Source: Chthoniobacterales bacterium
GTDB lineage: Bacteria; Verrucomicrobiota; Verrucomicrobiia; Chthoniobacterales; UBA10450
Assembly (NCBI GenBank): GCA_038233435.1
Contig: JBBSLZ010000001.1
Location: 1-50,359, forward strand
DNA: 50,359 nucleotides
Direction of reading: 5' to 3'
A model generated the notes under the pieces. That model saw only the letters and a program-made list of their open reading frames with translations, was not told the origin of the DNA and did no database searches. Both the position numbers and the translations under genes were made by a program. Shown piece by piece: positions 43,184 through 50,359 of this stretch (the stretch's first letter is position 1; each line of letters opens with the position of its first letter).

Positions 43184-45382
43184 ATGAAAAAATTTGCCCT
43201 GTTTGCTCTCGCCCTTGCGTGGGGCCTACGCCTAACGAGCGCTCAAGAAGCAGTTTCACCGGCGCCCAGCGCCAGTCCCAGCCCAGCGAAGACAGCCACC
43301 ACCGAACGCGTCATTGTCACCGCCGGCGCGATCGAACACAGCGAGACCGAAACCGTGGAACCGGTGTCGGTCCTCAACGGGCAAGACCTGAAACGTGAAG
43401 CCGGCGCCACCCTGGGCGACACCTTGCGCGATCAGCCCGGCGTGGCTGCGAGCGGTTTCACGGCGGGTGCGAGCCGACCCGTCATCCGCGGCCTGGCCGA
43501 CAACCGCGTCCGTGTTTTGAATAACGGCACGGAAGTCTTCGACGTTTCGAATCTGAGCCCGGATCACGCCCCCAGCGTGAGTCCGCTCCTCGCTACGAGC
43601 ATCGAAGTGGTGCGCGGCCCGGCCACGATCCTTTACGGCTCCGGCGCGATCGGCGGCGTGGTGAATGTGAACGACAACCGCATTCCCGTGGAAGCGCCCT
43701 CCAACCCGTTCGGAGGCGAACTGGTCGGTCGTTACGGCTCGGTCGATGACGAACGCAGCGGCGCGCTTTCCCTACAGATCGCGCCCACTCCGCATCTCGT
43801 CTTCCATCTCGATGGCTCGATTATCCGCACCGACAATCGCGAAATTCCAGGCTTCGCCTTGAGCGAACGGCTGCGGAATCAATTGTCGCCCGAAACGGCG
43901 GCCGGGCGCGGCTTCGGCCAGAACCCGGAAGGCGAAGTGCCGAACACCTTTGTGCGCACGAAAGAGTACGGCGTGGGTGCGTCGTACGTTCGGGAGAAAG
44001 GCTACTTCGGCGCGTCGTTTAGCCAGTTTCTCTCCATCTACGGTGTGCCGGCGAATCCCGATGCGGTCGTCGCGGGCGAGATTCCGGCGCGGGTAAAACT
44101 GGATGTCGATAAACGCCAGTGGAACGTGCGCAGCTCGATCGTAGATCCTTTCCGCGGGATTCATAATGCCAACTTCAAACTCGTTTATACCGACTATCAA
44201 CATCAGGAGATCGATGACGGCGACGTGGGCTCGATCTTTAAAACCAGCGGGATCGATTCCCGCCTCGAAGCGGTGCATGAGCCGATTGGGCCACTGGAGG
44301 GATCGTTTGGCGGGCAGGTCTTCTTCAAGAAGCTTTCCATCCTCGGCGACGAAGCTTTTCTGCAACCGACGGAGACGTTGCAGCTCGCCGGCTTTCTTTT
44401 TGAAGAAGCGCATTTTGCTTCCGTGCGGTTGCAGGCGGGCGTGCGAGTCGAGCACGACGATGTCAAAATCAATTCGAGCGATCCCGATCTCACTTCGCTC
44501 ACATCGCCGAGCCAGAAGCAGCGCGACTTTCTCCCGGTCAGCGCGGCGGTCGGTTTGATCTACGAATTCGCGCGCGATTACCGGCTGGCGGTCAACGCCA
44601 GCTTCTCGCAACGCGCGCCGACCGCGGAGGAGCTTTTCGCCCGCGGACCGCACGATGCGACCTTCCAGTTCATCGTCGGGAATCCGAATCTTGATCTGGA
44701 AACGAGCCGCGGGGTTGATGTTTCATTGCGGAAAGAGAACGGCGTTGTCACCGGCAGTTTGAGCGGCTTTTACACTCGCTTTAGCGACTTCATCGACTTT
44801 ACGCCCACAGCCGAATTCGAAAACGATCTCCGCGTTTTCGTTTACACGCCGAAGACGGCGGAGTTTTACGGCGGCGAAGCGCAAGTGCAGTTTCATTTGC
44901 TGCCGCTTACGTTGGCAAGCGACCCGCAGGCGTCCGCACCTAACGATCCGAAATCGGTCAAAAGCATGATCACGGGCGAGCCCGCGGAAACGCACAAAAA
45001 TCCGAACGATCTCTTCCTCGATCTGCGCGCGGATTACGTGCACGCGCAGGACCTGGACCAGAACGAACCGTTGCCGCGGATCACGCCCCTGCGCTACAGC
45101 GCGTCGCTCAATTACCGGAGCGAGAAATGGGAAGGGAAGATCGAAGTCCAGCGGGTCGCTTCACAGGATCGGATCGCGCAATTCGAAACGCCGACGGACG
45201 GCTACACGTTTCTAAACGCGAGTGTGGGCTACAACTTCCGTGTCGGCCCGACCTTCGTGAATCTGTACCTGCGCGGGACGAACCTGACGAACGAAGAAGC
45301 GCGTGATCATCTTTCCTTTTTGAAGGAAGCACTGCCGCTCGCAGGTCGGAGCGTGCTGGTCGGACTTCGCACGACGTTCTAG
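43184..45382 (+). CDS. TonB-dependent outer-membrane receptor (ZnuD-like plug motifs)
   Basis: 732 aa with AGGAG 6 nt upstream and a signal peptide. Plug: RPVIRGLADNRVRVLNNGTEVFDVSNLSPDHA. C-terminal beta-barrel ending ...VLVGLRTTF. Confidence 0.85.
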   Translation: MKKFALFALALAWGLRLTSAQEAVSPAPSASPSPAKTATTERVIVTAGAIEHSETETVEPVSVLNGQDLKREAGATLGDTLRDQPGVAASGFTAGASRPVIRGLADNRVRVLNNGTEVFDVSNLSPDHAPSVSPLLATSIEVVRGPATILYGSGAIGGVVNVNDNRIPVEAPSNPFGGELVGRYGSVDDERSGALSLQIAPTPHLVFHLDGSIIRTDNREIPGFALSERLRNQLSPETAAGRGFGQNPEGEVPNTFVRTKEYGVGASYVREKGYFGASFSQFLSIYGVPANPDAVVAGEIPARVKLDVDKRQWNVRSSIVDPFRGIHNANFKLVYTDYQHQEIDDGDVGSIFKTSGIDSRLEAVHEPIGPLEGSFGGQVFFKKLSILGDEAFLQPTETLQLAGFLFEEAHFASVRLQAGVRVEHDDVKINSSDPDLTSLTSPSQKQRDFLPVSAAVGLIYEFARDYRLAVNASFSQRAPTAEELFARGPHDATFQFIVGNPNLDLETSRGVDVSLRKENGVVTGSLSGFYTRFSDFIDFTPTAEFENDLRVFVYTPKTAEFYGGEAQVQFHLLPLTLASDPQASAPNDPKSVKSMITGEPAETHKNPNDLFLDLRADYVHAQDLDQNEPLPRITPLRYSASLNYRSEKWEGKIEVQRVASQDRIAQFETPTDGYTFLNASVGYNFRVGPTFVNLYLRGTNLTNEEARDHLSFLKEALPLAGRSVLVGLRTTF

Positions 45383-45447
45383 CGGGTGGCGGGGGTGCAG
45401 GCATCGGCGGCGGATGCCTGCGCTCTCCGGAAGGCCGGCCCTTTTCA

Positions 45448-45735
45448 GTGCCGGCAGTGTCACTGCCGGGAGCAGATATGAAGCATTGCGTCGGCTCGCG
45501 GCGCGCGCTTGACATGAACAGCCGCGGCGCGTTCCTGCACGTGCCGGCGGATGCCGGCGTGTCTGCGGTGGTAGTGATCGGCGGTTTTCTCTCCAACATG
45601 ACGGGACTGCCTTGGATCGATCCGGCGATGAATTTGGTCGCGGTGATCGTGGATGCTGTCCTCGCCGGCCGCGCCGTCGATTCGCTCTTTCTCCAATTCG
45701 AATTCGTCGGCGCCCACGGCGCGCATAAGTTTTGA
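45448..45735 (+). pseudogene. Fragment of a cation-diffusion-facilitator (CzcD/ZitB-like) gene
   Basis: GAFLHVPADAGVSAVVVIGGFLSNMTGLPWIDPAMNLVAVIVDAVLAGRAV matches CDF TM5-TM6 (consensus GA.LHVLAD..GS..V........G....DP...L.I...I). The HxxxD motif is spoilt (HVPAD). Only about 60 aa of a roughly 300-aa family are present. Confidence 0.6.
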
Positions 45736-45754
45736 ACGGCGTGATTCATAAAAT

Positions 45755-45918
45755 CCGGGGAGCGCACGCCTTCAGGCGTGCTGGCGACGGCATTCTGCCG
45801 TCGCGAACTTCCGGGCGCGTCCGATCCGAGAGTCAGCTTCCGCCATTCTTTAACGCCGACGAAAGTTCGTCTCCGCAGAATGCGGAGACCAGCACGCCTG
45901 GAGGCGTGCGCTCCCCGG
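45755..45918. repeat. Large two-hairpin REP doublet (about 165-bp composite palindrome)
   Basis: CCGGGGAGCGCACGCCTTCAGGCGTGCTGGCGACGGCATTCTGCCGTCGCG at 45755-45805. The inverted CGTCTCCGCAGAATGCGGAGACCAGCACGCCTGGAGGCGTGCGCTCCCCGG is at 45868-45918. Confidence 0.85.
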
Positions 45919-45938
45919 GCCTCCGTAACCACACCGCT

Positions 45939-46778
45939 ATGAAAAAAATCGCACTCCTCCTCGCTTCCGTTTTCCTCTCCGCCTTCAGCGCGGAGGCGAA
46001 ACTAAACGTCGTCACCACTCTGCCGGACCTGGGCGCGCTCGCGCGTGAGATCGGCGGTGACAAAGTGGACGTGACCACGATGGCGAAACCGACCGAAGAC
46101 CCGCACTTTGTCGATGCGCGGCCCAGCTTCGTGGTCCAACTGCGCAATGCCGATGTCCTGATCGACGGCGGCGCCGAACTCGAACTCGGCTGGCTCCCGC
46201 CACTGCTGCAAAATGCGCGCAACCCGAAGCTGGAAGTCGGGAAACCCGGACGCGTCCAGGCTTCGCAAGGGGTGCGCCTGATGAACGTGCCGGCGAACGT
46301 GAGCCGCGCCGCCGGCGACGTGCATGCGCTCGGCAACCCGCATTTCGCGATCGATCCGATCATCGCCAAGACGGTCGCGCAGCACATCGCGCAAGCGTTC
46401 GCCGCGGTCGATCCGCCGAACGCCGCCTTCTACGACGCGAACTACAAAGAACTCGAAGCCGAGATCGACGCCAACGATTCCTGGCCGTACTTCGCGCACC
46501 GTTTCGGAGTTGAGATCAATACCTTTCTCGAACCAAAGCCGGGCATTCCGCCTTCGCCGTCGCACCTCGCGGAAGTGATCGGCCAGGTGAAAGCGCAGAA
46601 GATGAAAGCGATCATCGTCGAGCCGTTCCACGACCGGAAAATCGCGGAGAAGGTGGCCAGCGCGACCGGTGCGAAGGTGGTCGATTTCGCGCAATATCCC
46701 GGCGCGCTGCCGGGGACGGAGACTTACGTGAAGTTAATCGACCGCCTGGTCGCGAACCTCGCCGCGGCGCTGAAGTAA
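45939..46778 (+). CDS. ZnuA/TroA-family metal ABC transporter substrate-binding protein (apparently shortened)
   Basis: 279 aa from ATG 45939, with signal peptide MKKIALLLASVFLSAFSAEA. Motifs VVTTLPDLGALAREIGGDKV, DPHF, GNPHFAIDP and LEPKPGIPPSPSHL. The segment between ...YKELEAEID and SWPYFAHRFG looks about 20-25 aa shorter than in homologues as I remember them. Confidence 0.7.
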   Translation: MKKIALLLASVFLSAFSAEAKLNVVTTLPDLGALAREIGGDKVDVTTMAKPTEDPHFVDARPSFVVQLRNADVLIDGGAELELGWLPPLLQNARNPKLEVGKPGRVQASQGVRLMNVPANVSRAAGDVHALGNPHFAIDPIIAKTVAQHIAQAFAAVDPPNAAFYDANYKELEAEIDANDSWPYFAHRFGVEINTFLEPKPGIPPSPSHLAEVIGQVKAQKMKAIIVEPFHDRKIAEKVASATGAKVVDFAQYPGALPGTETYVKLIDRLVANLAAALK

Positions 46779-46793
46779 GCGGGGGAAATTTTA

Positions 46794-46891
46794 CCGCAGA
46801 TGGCGCAGATGAGGCACAGGAAGAGGGGATCGCCGCCTTCATCTTCGGCAGCTTCCCATCTCTTCATCTGCGTTATCTGCGTAATCTGCGG
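46794..46891 (+). repeat. CCGCAGAT...ATCTGCGG element (same family as 10468 and 11205)
   Basis: CCGCAGATGGCGCAGATGAGGCACAGG...CATCTGCGTTATCTGCGTAATCTGCGG. Iterated CRCAGAT motifs at the 5' end face inverted ATCTGCG motifs at the 3' end. Confidence 0.75.
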
Positions 46892-46905
46892 TTTCATTAA
46901 TCTTT

Positions 46906-47591
46906 ATGTTTGAAGTAATGTTTTGGCCCATCGTAGCGTGCGTCCTATTGGCATGGCTGCTCGTTTATCTCGGGCTGCACGTGGTGCAACGCGGGATCAT
47001 CTTCATCGACATCGCGATGGCGCAGATGGCATCGCTCGGGATCGCGCTCGCGGTTCTCTTGCGGCTCGATTTGCAAAGTCCGGCCACCTTCGCGATTGCG
47101 CTTGGCTTTACCCTGCTGGGCGCGGCCGTCTTTTCCATTACCGGCAAACGCGCGAGCGAGATTCCGCAGGAAGCCGTCATCGGCATTTCCTACGTAGTCG
47201 CGGTCGGCGTGCTGCACTTCGTTCTCCGGAAGAATTTCCTGCTCGTTTCTTTCAACCGCGACGCCGCCTACGAGAAAGGCCTGCGCGTGCGGTGGTGGGA
47301 TTTTCTCTTCTACGCGGCCTTCGGTCTGGTCGTGACCAGCTTTGTCGCATCGCGGGCGGGCTGCTGGTCTTCAGTTCTCTGATTGTGCCGGCGGTTTGCG
47401 GGATCAATCTGGCGGGCACGCTGGCGAAACGTTTGCTGATCGGCTGGATCATTGCGCTCATCGGCGGCGTGGCTGGTTTGTTTTTCTCGTTTTACGGCGA
47501 TCTGCCGTCAGGGGCTGCGATCGTTTGTACCTTCGGTGCGCTGCTGGTTCTCGTTTCGATCGTGGGGGTGTTCCGTCCGCGGCGAGCGTGA
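46906..47591 (+). pseudogene. ZnuB-like (ABC-3) metal transporter permease, frameshifted and internally shortened
   Basis: Frame 1 (46906-47382) gives MFEVMFWPIVACVLL...FGLVVTSFVA and then nonsense. Frame 3 continues with IAGGLLVFSSLIVPAVCGINLAGTLAKRLLIGW...DLPSGAAIVCTFGALLVLVSIVG up to 47591. A 1-nt shift lies near 47343-47350. About 35-40 aa also appear to be missing between AVGVL and RKNFLLVSF. Confidence 0.7.
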
Positions 47592-47607
47592 TACGCGGGC
47601 CAGCCCT

Positions 47608-47727
47608 CGTAGCACAGGCATCCCTGCCTGTGGGGACGTCGGGCATCTTGCCCGGCGTTTGCGTTTTGGCGATGAATCACCGGGCGAGACGCCCGGTGTC
47701 CGCACAGGCAGGATGCCTGTGCTACGG
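47608..47727. repeat. Two-hairpin REP doublet (GTAGCA family)
   Basis: CGTAGCACAGGCATCCCTGCCTGTGGGGACGTCGGGCATCTTGCCCGGCG at 47608-47657. The inverted TCACCGGGCGAGACGCCCGGTGTCCGCACAGGCAGGATGCCTGTGCTACGG is at 47677-47727. Confidence 0.9.
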
Positions 47728-47734
47728 TCCCCAC

Positions 47735-49021
47735 TTGCACGCATTCCACTACCGCGACGGCTCGCTGCATTGCGAGGACGTCGATCTCGCCCAGGTCGCC
47801 GACGACCACGGCACGCCGCTCTACGTTTATAGCGCGAGCACGATGACCGATCACTATCGCCGCTTGCACGCGGCGCTCGGCGAGTTGGAGCATCTGATCT
47901 GCTACGCGGTGAAGGCGAACTCGAATCTCGCTGTCCTCCGCTTGCTTCACGCGGAAGGCGCGGGATTCGACATCGTCTCCGGCGGCGAACTCTATCGCGT
48001 GATCGCGGCGGGGGGCGACCCGACTCTGTGCACCTTTGCGGGCGTGGGGAAATCGCGGGAGGAGATCGAGTATGCGCTCGAGCAGCGCGTTTTTTGTTTC
48101 AATGTCGAAAGCGAAGCGGAGCTTGATTACATCAACCAGATCGCCGCCGGCAAAAAGATGCAGGCGCCGATCGCGGTTCGGGTGAACCCGGATGTGGCCG
48201 CGGGTTCGCACAAGTATGTCTCGACCGGGCTGAGCGAGAACAAGTTTGGCATCGGGCTGGAACGCGTCCCGGCGGTTTATGAAAAGGCGGCTGCGTTGCC
48301 GCACATCCGCATTCGCGGTGTGCAGATGCACATCGGCTCGCAGATCACCGCCGCGCAGCCGTTCGCGGAGGCGATCGCAAAAGTCACGGCTCCGGTGCTG
48401 GCGTTGAAAGAACGCTACGCGCTCGAATTTCTCAGCATTGGCGGCGGGATGGGCATCGCCTACCAGTCGTCGCTGGCCAGCGGCCAACCCGATTGGTGGC
48501 GTGCGCACGACCATCAATTGACGATCGACGAATATACGACCTCGATCGTCCCGCAGCTCAAGCCGCTCGGCCTTCGCATTCTGCTTGAGCCGGGGCGTTT
48601 TCTGGTGGGCAACGCCGGCGTCCTGCTGACGCGGGTGCGTTATGTAAAGCAGGCGGAGCGGAAGAAATTCGTGATCGTGGATGCGGGCATGAACGACCTG
48701 ATCCGGCCTGCGCTTTACCAGAGCTACCACGAGATCGTGCCCGTGCGCGAGCTGGCCTCGAGCGCACGCGAAGCCGTCGATGTGGTGGGCCCGGTCTGCG
48801 AGAGTGGCGATTTTTTTGCGCAGGATCGCGAGCTGCCGGCGCTGGCGGAAGGCGAGCTGGCGGCGATCATGAGTGCGGGCGCGTATGGGTTCGTGATGGC
48901 GTCGAATTACAATTCGCGGCCGTTCCCCGCGGAGGTGCTGGTGCGGGGCGAGCACGCTTCGTTGGTCCGGGAGCGGCAGACGTATGCGGACCTGGTGCGG
49001 GGCGAGCGGGCGGAGGGTTAA
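47735..49021 (+). CDS. lysA: Diaminopimelate decarboxylase
   Basis: About 428 aa if TTG 47735 is the start (LHAFHYRDGSLHCEDVDL...). GTPLYVYS, CYAVKANSNLAVLRLL, GFDIVSGGEL, HIGSQI, GGGMGIAY and CESGD are typical of LysA. The 559-aa track ORF extends upstream across REPs and the znuB tail. Confidence 0.85.
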   Translation: MHAFHYRDGSLHCEDVDLAQVADDHGTPLYVYSASTMTDHYRRLHAALGELEHLICYAVKANSNLAVLRLLHAEGAGFDIVSGGELYRVIAAGGDPTLCTFAGVGKSREEIEYALEQRVFCFNVESEAELDYINQIAAGKKMQAPIAVRVNPDVAAGSHKYVSTGLSENKFGIGLERVPAVYEKAAALPHIRIRGVQMHIGSQITAAQPFAEAIAKVTAPVLALKERYALEFLSIGGGMGIAYQSSLASGQPDWWRAHDHQLTIDEYTTSIVPQLKPLGLRILLEPGRFLVGNAGVLLTRVRYVKQAERKKFVIVDAGMNDLIRPALYQSYHEIVPVRELASSAREAVDVVGPVCESGDFFAQDRELPALAEGELAAIMSAGAYGFVMASNYNSRPFPAEVLVRGEHASLVRERQTYADLVRGERAEG

Positions 49022-49123
49022 GTTTTGTTCTCGGCGGAAGTTGCGAGCGAGCCTCTCCGCCCTTAAAACTTAGATCTTAAAACTTAAGACTCCCCGCGCA
49101 TAATTACTGCTCTTCGAATTACC

Positions 49124-49840
49124 GTGAAACGAATCCCGCTTTTTCTCGTCACCCTTCTTTTGCTGTTCGTGGCGGCCACGCCCGGTCGCGCGGCTTCTGA
49201 CGCCACCCCGGAATTCGTGCTCTTGATCGGCGGCCCTTCCTTGATGAAATGGGAGAAGTATAAAGGCCCGCTCGCGCATGATCATTGGTGGGCTAATTTC
49301 GTCCGCGCCGGGCGGATCCGGACCGAGCAGCTCCGCGAGAAATACGGTCCGGACGCCAAGATCACCTGGCTGGTTTACAAGCAGGGCTACGTCGATCGTT
49401 CCGCGCAGGAGGGGAAGGATCTGGTCGAGTTCATCAACTCCGTGCGCGACGCCTTCAACCTAAACCTGATCTATTTCAAAGACGGGGCCGATGTGATCAA
49501 TTACCTGAATAGCGGCCAGCCGCGCGATCAGACGAAGGTGGCGTTCTTCGAATATTTCGGCCACTCGAACAAGGCCTGTTTCATGTTCGACTACAGCAGC
49601 AATGTGGACAGCTCGTCGAAGTCGTTTCTGCATCAGAGCCAGCTCAGCGCGATCAAGAAATCGTCCTTCACTAAGGACGCGCAGATTCGCAGTTGGGGCT
49701 GCCACACCGGCGAGATGATGTCGAAAAAATGGCGCGACGCGGTCGGGAACAAGATGTGGGGCGTGATCGGGAAGACGCAATACATGACGCACGAGTTGCC
49801 GGTCATCGCCACCCCGCCGGGCGGGAAGTGGACTTACTGA
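49124..49840 (+). CDS. Secreted protein of unknown function with a GHS...GCHTG motif pair
   Basis: 238 aa with a GTG start and signal peptide (MKRIPLFLVTLLLLFVAATPGRA). FFEYFGHSN (His147) and SWGCHTGE (Cys193). No family name recalled. Confidence 0.65.
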   Translation: MKRIPLFLVTLLLLFVAATPGRAASDATPEFVLLIGGPSLMKWEKYKGPLAHDHWWANFVRAGRIRTEQLREKYGPDAKITWLVYKQGYVDRSAQEGKDLVEFINSVRDAFNLNLIYFKDGADVINYLNSGQPRDQTKVAFFEYFGHSNKACFMFDYSSNVDSSSKSFLHQSQLSAIKKSSFTKDAQIRSWGCHTGEMMSKKWRDAVGNKMWGVIGKTQYMTHELPVIATPPGGKWTY

Positions 49841-49872
49841 TTTCTGATTTTTGATTTCTGATTGCTGATTTT
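49838..49872 (+). repeat. Tandem heptamer (TGATTKY) x5
   Basis: TGATTTC TGATTTT TGATTTC TGATTGC TGATTTT, starting at the stop codon of the previous gene and ending 24 nt before the bioB ATG. Confidence 0.9.
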
Positions 49873-49895
49873 CGAAGTAGCCTCGCGGTTCTGCG

Positions 49896-50359
49896 ATGAA
49901 CTTCGACCACCTCTCCGCACTTTATCACCAGCCGCTCTTTGATCTGATCTCGCAGAGTCGCGCGGTGCACCTGGAGCACTGGCGCGGGGAACAGGTGCAG
50001 CGTTGCAGTTTGCTCAGCATCAAGACCGGCGGGTGCAGCGAGGATTGCAGCTATTGCGCGCAGAGTGCGCATTACTCGACCGGACTGGAACGCGAGGATT
50101 TGCTCCCGATTGCCGAGATTCTTACGTCGGCGAAACAGGCGCGCGCGCAGGGGGCGACGCGGTTTTGCATGGGCGCGGCCTGGAAAGGCGTGCGCGATGG
50201 GACGCCGAAGTTCGAGCAGGTGCTCGAAACGGTGCGCGAAGTCGGGCAGCTCGGGATGGAAGTGTGTGTCACGCTCGGGCAAATCGGGCCGGTGGAAGCG
50301 CGGAAGCTCCGCGAAGCTGGGGTGACCGCTTATAATCATAACATCGATACTTCGCCGGA
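49896..50359 (+). CDS. bioB: Biotin synthase (3' partial, runs off the window)
   Basis: My own translation from ATG 49896: MNFDHLSALYHQPLFDLISQSRAVHLEHWRGEQVQRCSLLSIKTGGCSEDCSYCAQSAHY...RFCMGAAWKG...YNHNIDTSP. It has the radical-SAM CxxxCxxC and BioB blocks. It is not in the ORF track because no stop lies in the window. Confidence 0.9.
   Translation, partial: MNFDHLSALYHQPLFDLISQSRAVHLEHWRGEQVQRCSLLSIKTGGCSEDCSYCAQSAHYSTGLEREDLLPIAEILTSAKQARAQGATRFCMGAAWKGVRDGTPKFEQVLETVREVGQLGMEVCVTLGQIGPVEARKLREAGVTAYNHNIDTSP

Noticed and set aside
15061-47727. Dispersed and paired repeats as a CRISPR array
   Set aside because: The units are self-complementary and occur as inverted pairs at irregular intervals in separate intergenic spacers. 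They are not direct repeats with regular 30-40-nt spacers, and no cas genes are present.
47342-49021. 559-aa version of LysA, and the 348-aa version of the ZnuA-like gene (45732-46778)
   Set aside because: Both N-terminal extensions run through REP doublets (47608-47727 and 45755-45918), and for LysA also through the znuB tail. They translate to repeat-derived junk. Homology begins near 47735 and at the signal peptide at 45939.

Overview
High-G+C (about 63-66% by eye) bacterial chromosome segment. The gene families and junk-repeat style look like a soil Verrucomicrobiota or Planctomycetota-type genome, but that is inference only. No rRNA, tRNA, CRISPR array, transposase or integrase was recognised. 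About 40 protein genes can be supported. (1) 0.2-4.6 kb holds a DUF748-like membrane protein and a SWIM/SNF2 helicase. (2) 4.6-11.5 kb is an accessory patch: a decayed lipoprotein/cytochrome-c-like relic, a Sec-type Rhs polymorphic toxin (about 1230 aa, interrupted by one frameshift) whose low-G+C 126-aa C-terminal tip I cannot assign to a family, a Sel1-repeat immunity candidate, a 5'-truncated rtcB carrying an in-frame palindromic insertion, a parDE-like toxin-antitoxin pair bracketed by 84-bp direct repeats, and a possible RHH antitoxin relic. (3) 11.8-25 kb holds housekeeping genes: M20 amidohydrolase, a membrane pseudokinase, acyl-CoA desaturase, an SLC13 permease with a 1.2-kb low-G+C insertion at its 3' end, HPr, M42 peptidase, an NlpC/P60-like protein, GH15 and LysE. 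(4) 25-42.6 kb is an envelope cluster: an lpxL-GT9 half fusion, lpxB, msbA, a PhoD-like phosphatase, PAP2, lpxA, three GT4, two GT87 (DUF2029), a condensation-like acyltransferase and a GT2-GT4 fusion, several of them joined by ATGA overlaps. (5) 42.7-47.6 kb is a zinc-uptake-like locus that looks partly decayed: a TonB receptor, a CDF relic, a shortened ZnuA-like gene, a frameshifted ZnuB-like gene and no ATPase. (6) lysA, a secreted protein of unknown function and the 5' part of bioB close the window. Most intergenic spacers carry REP/BIME-like hairpin repeats with a 5' GTAG. The 9-mer TCGTTAGGC occurs 12 times, in several reading frames and on both strands, which is far more than composition predicts.
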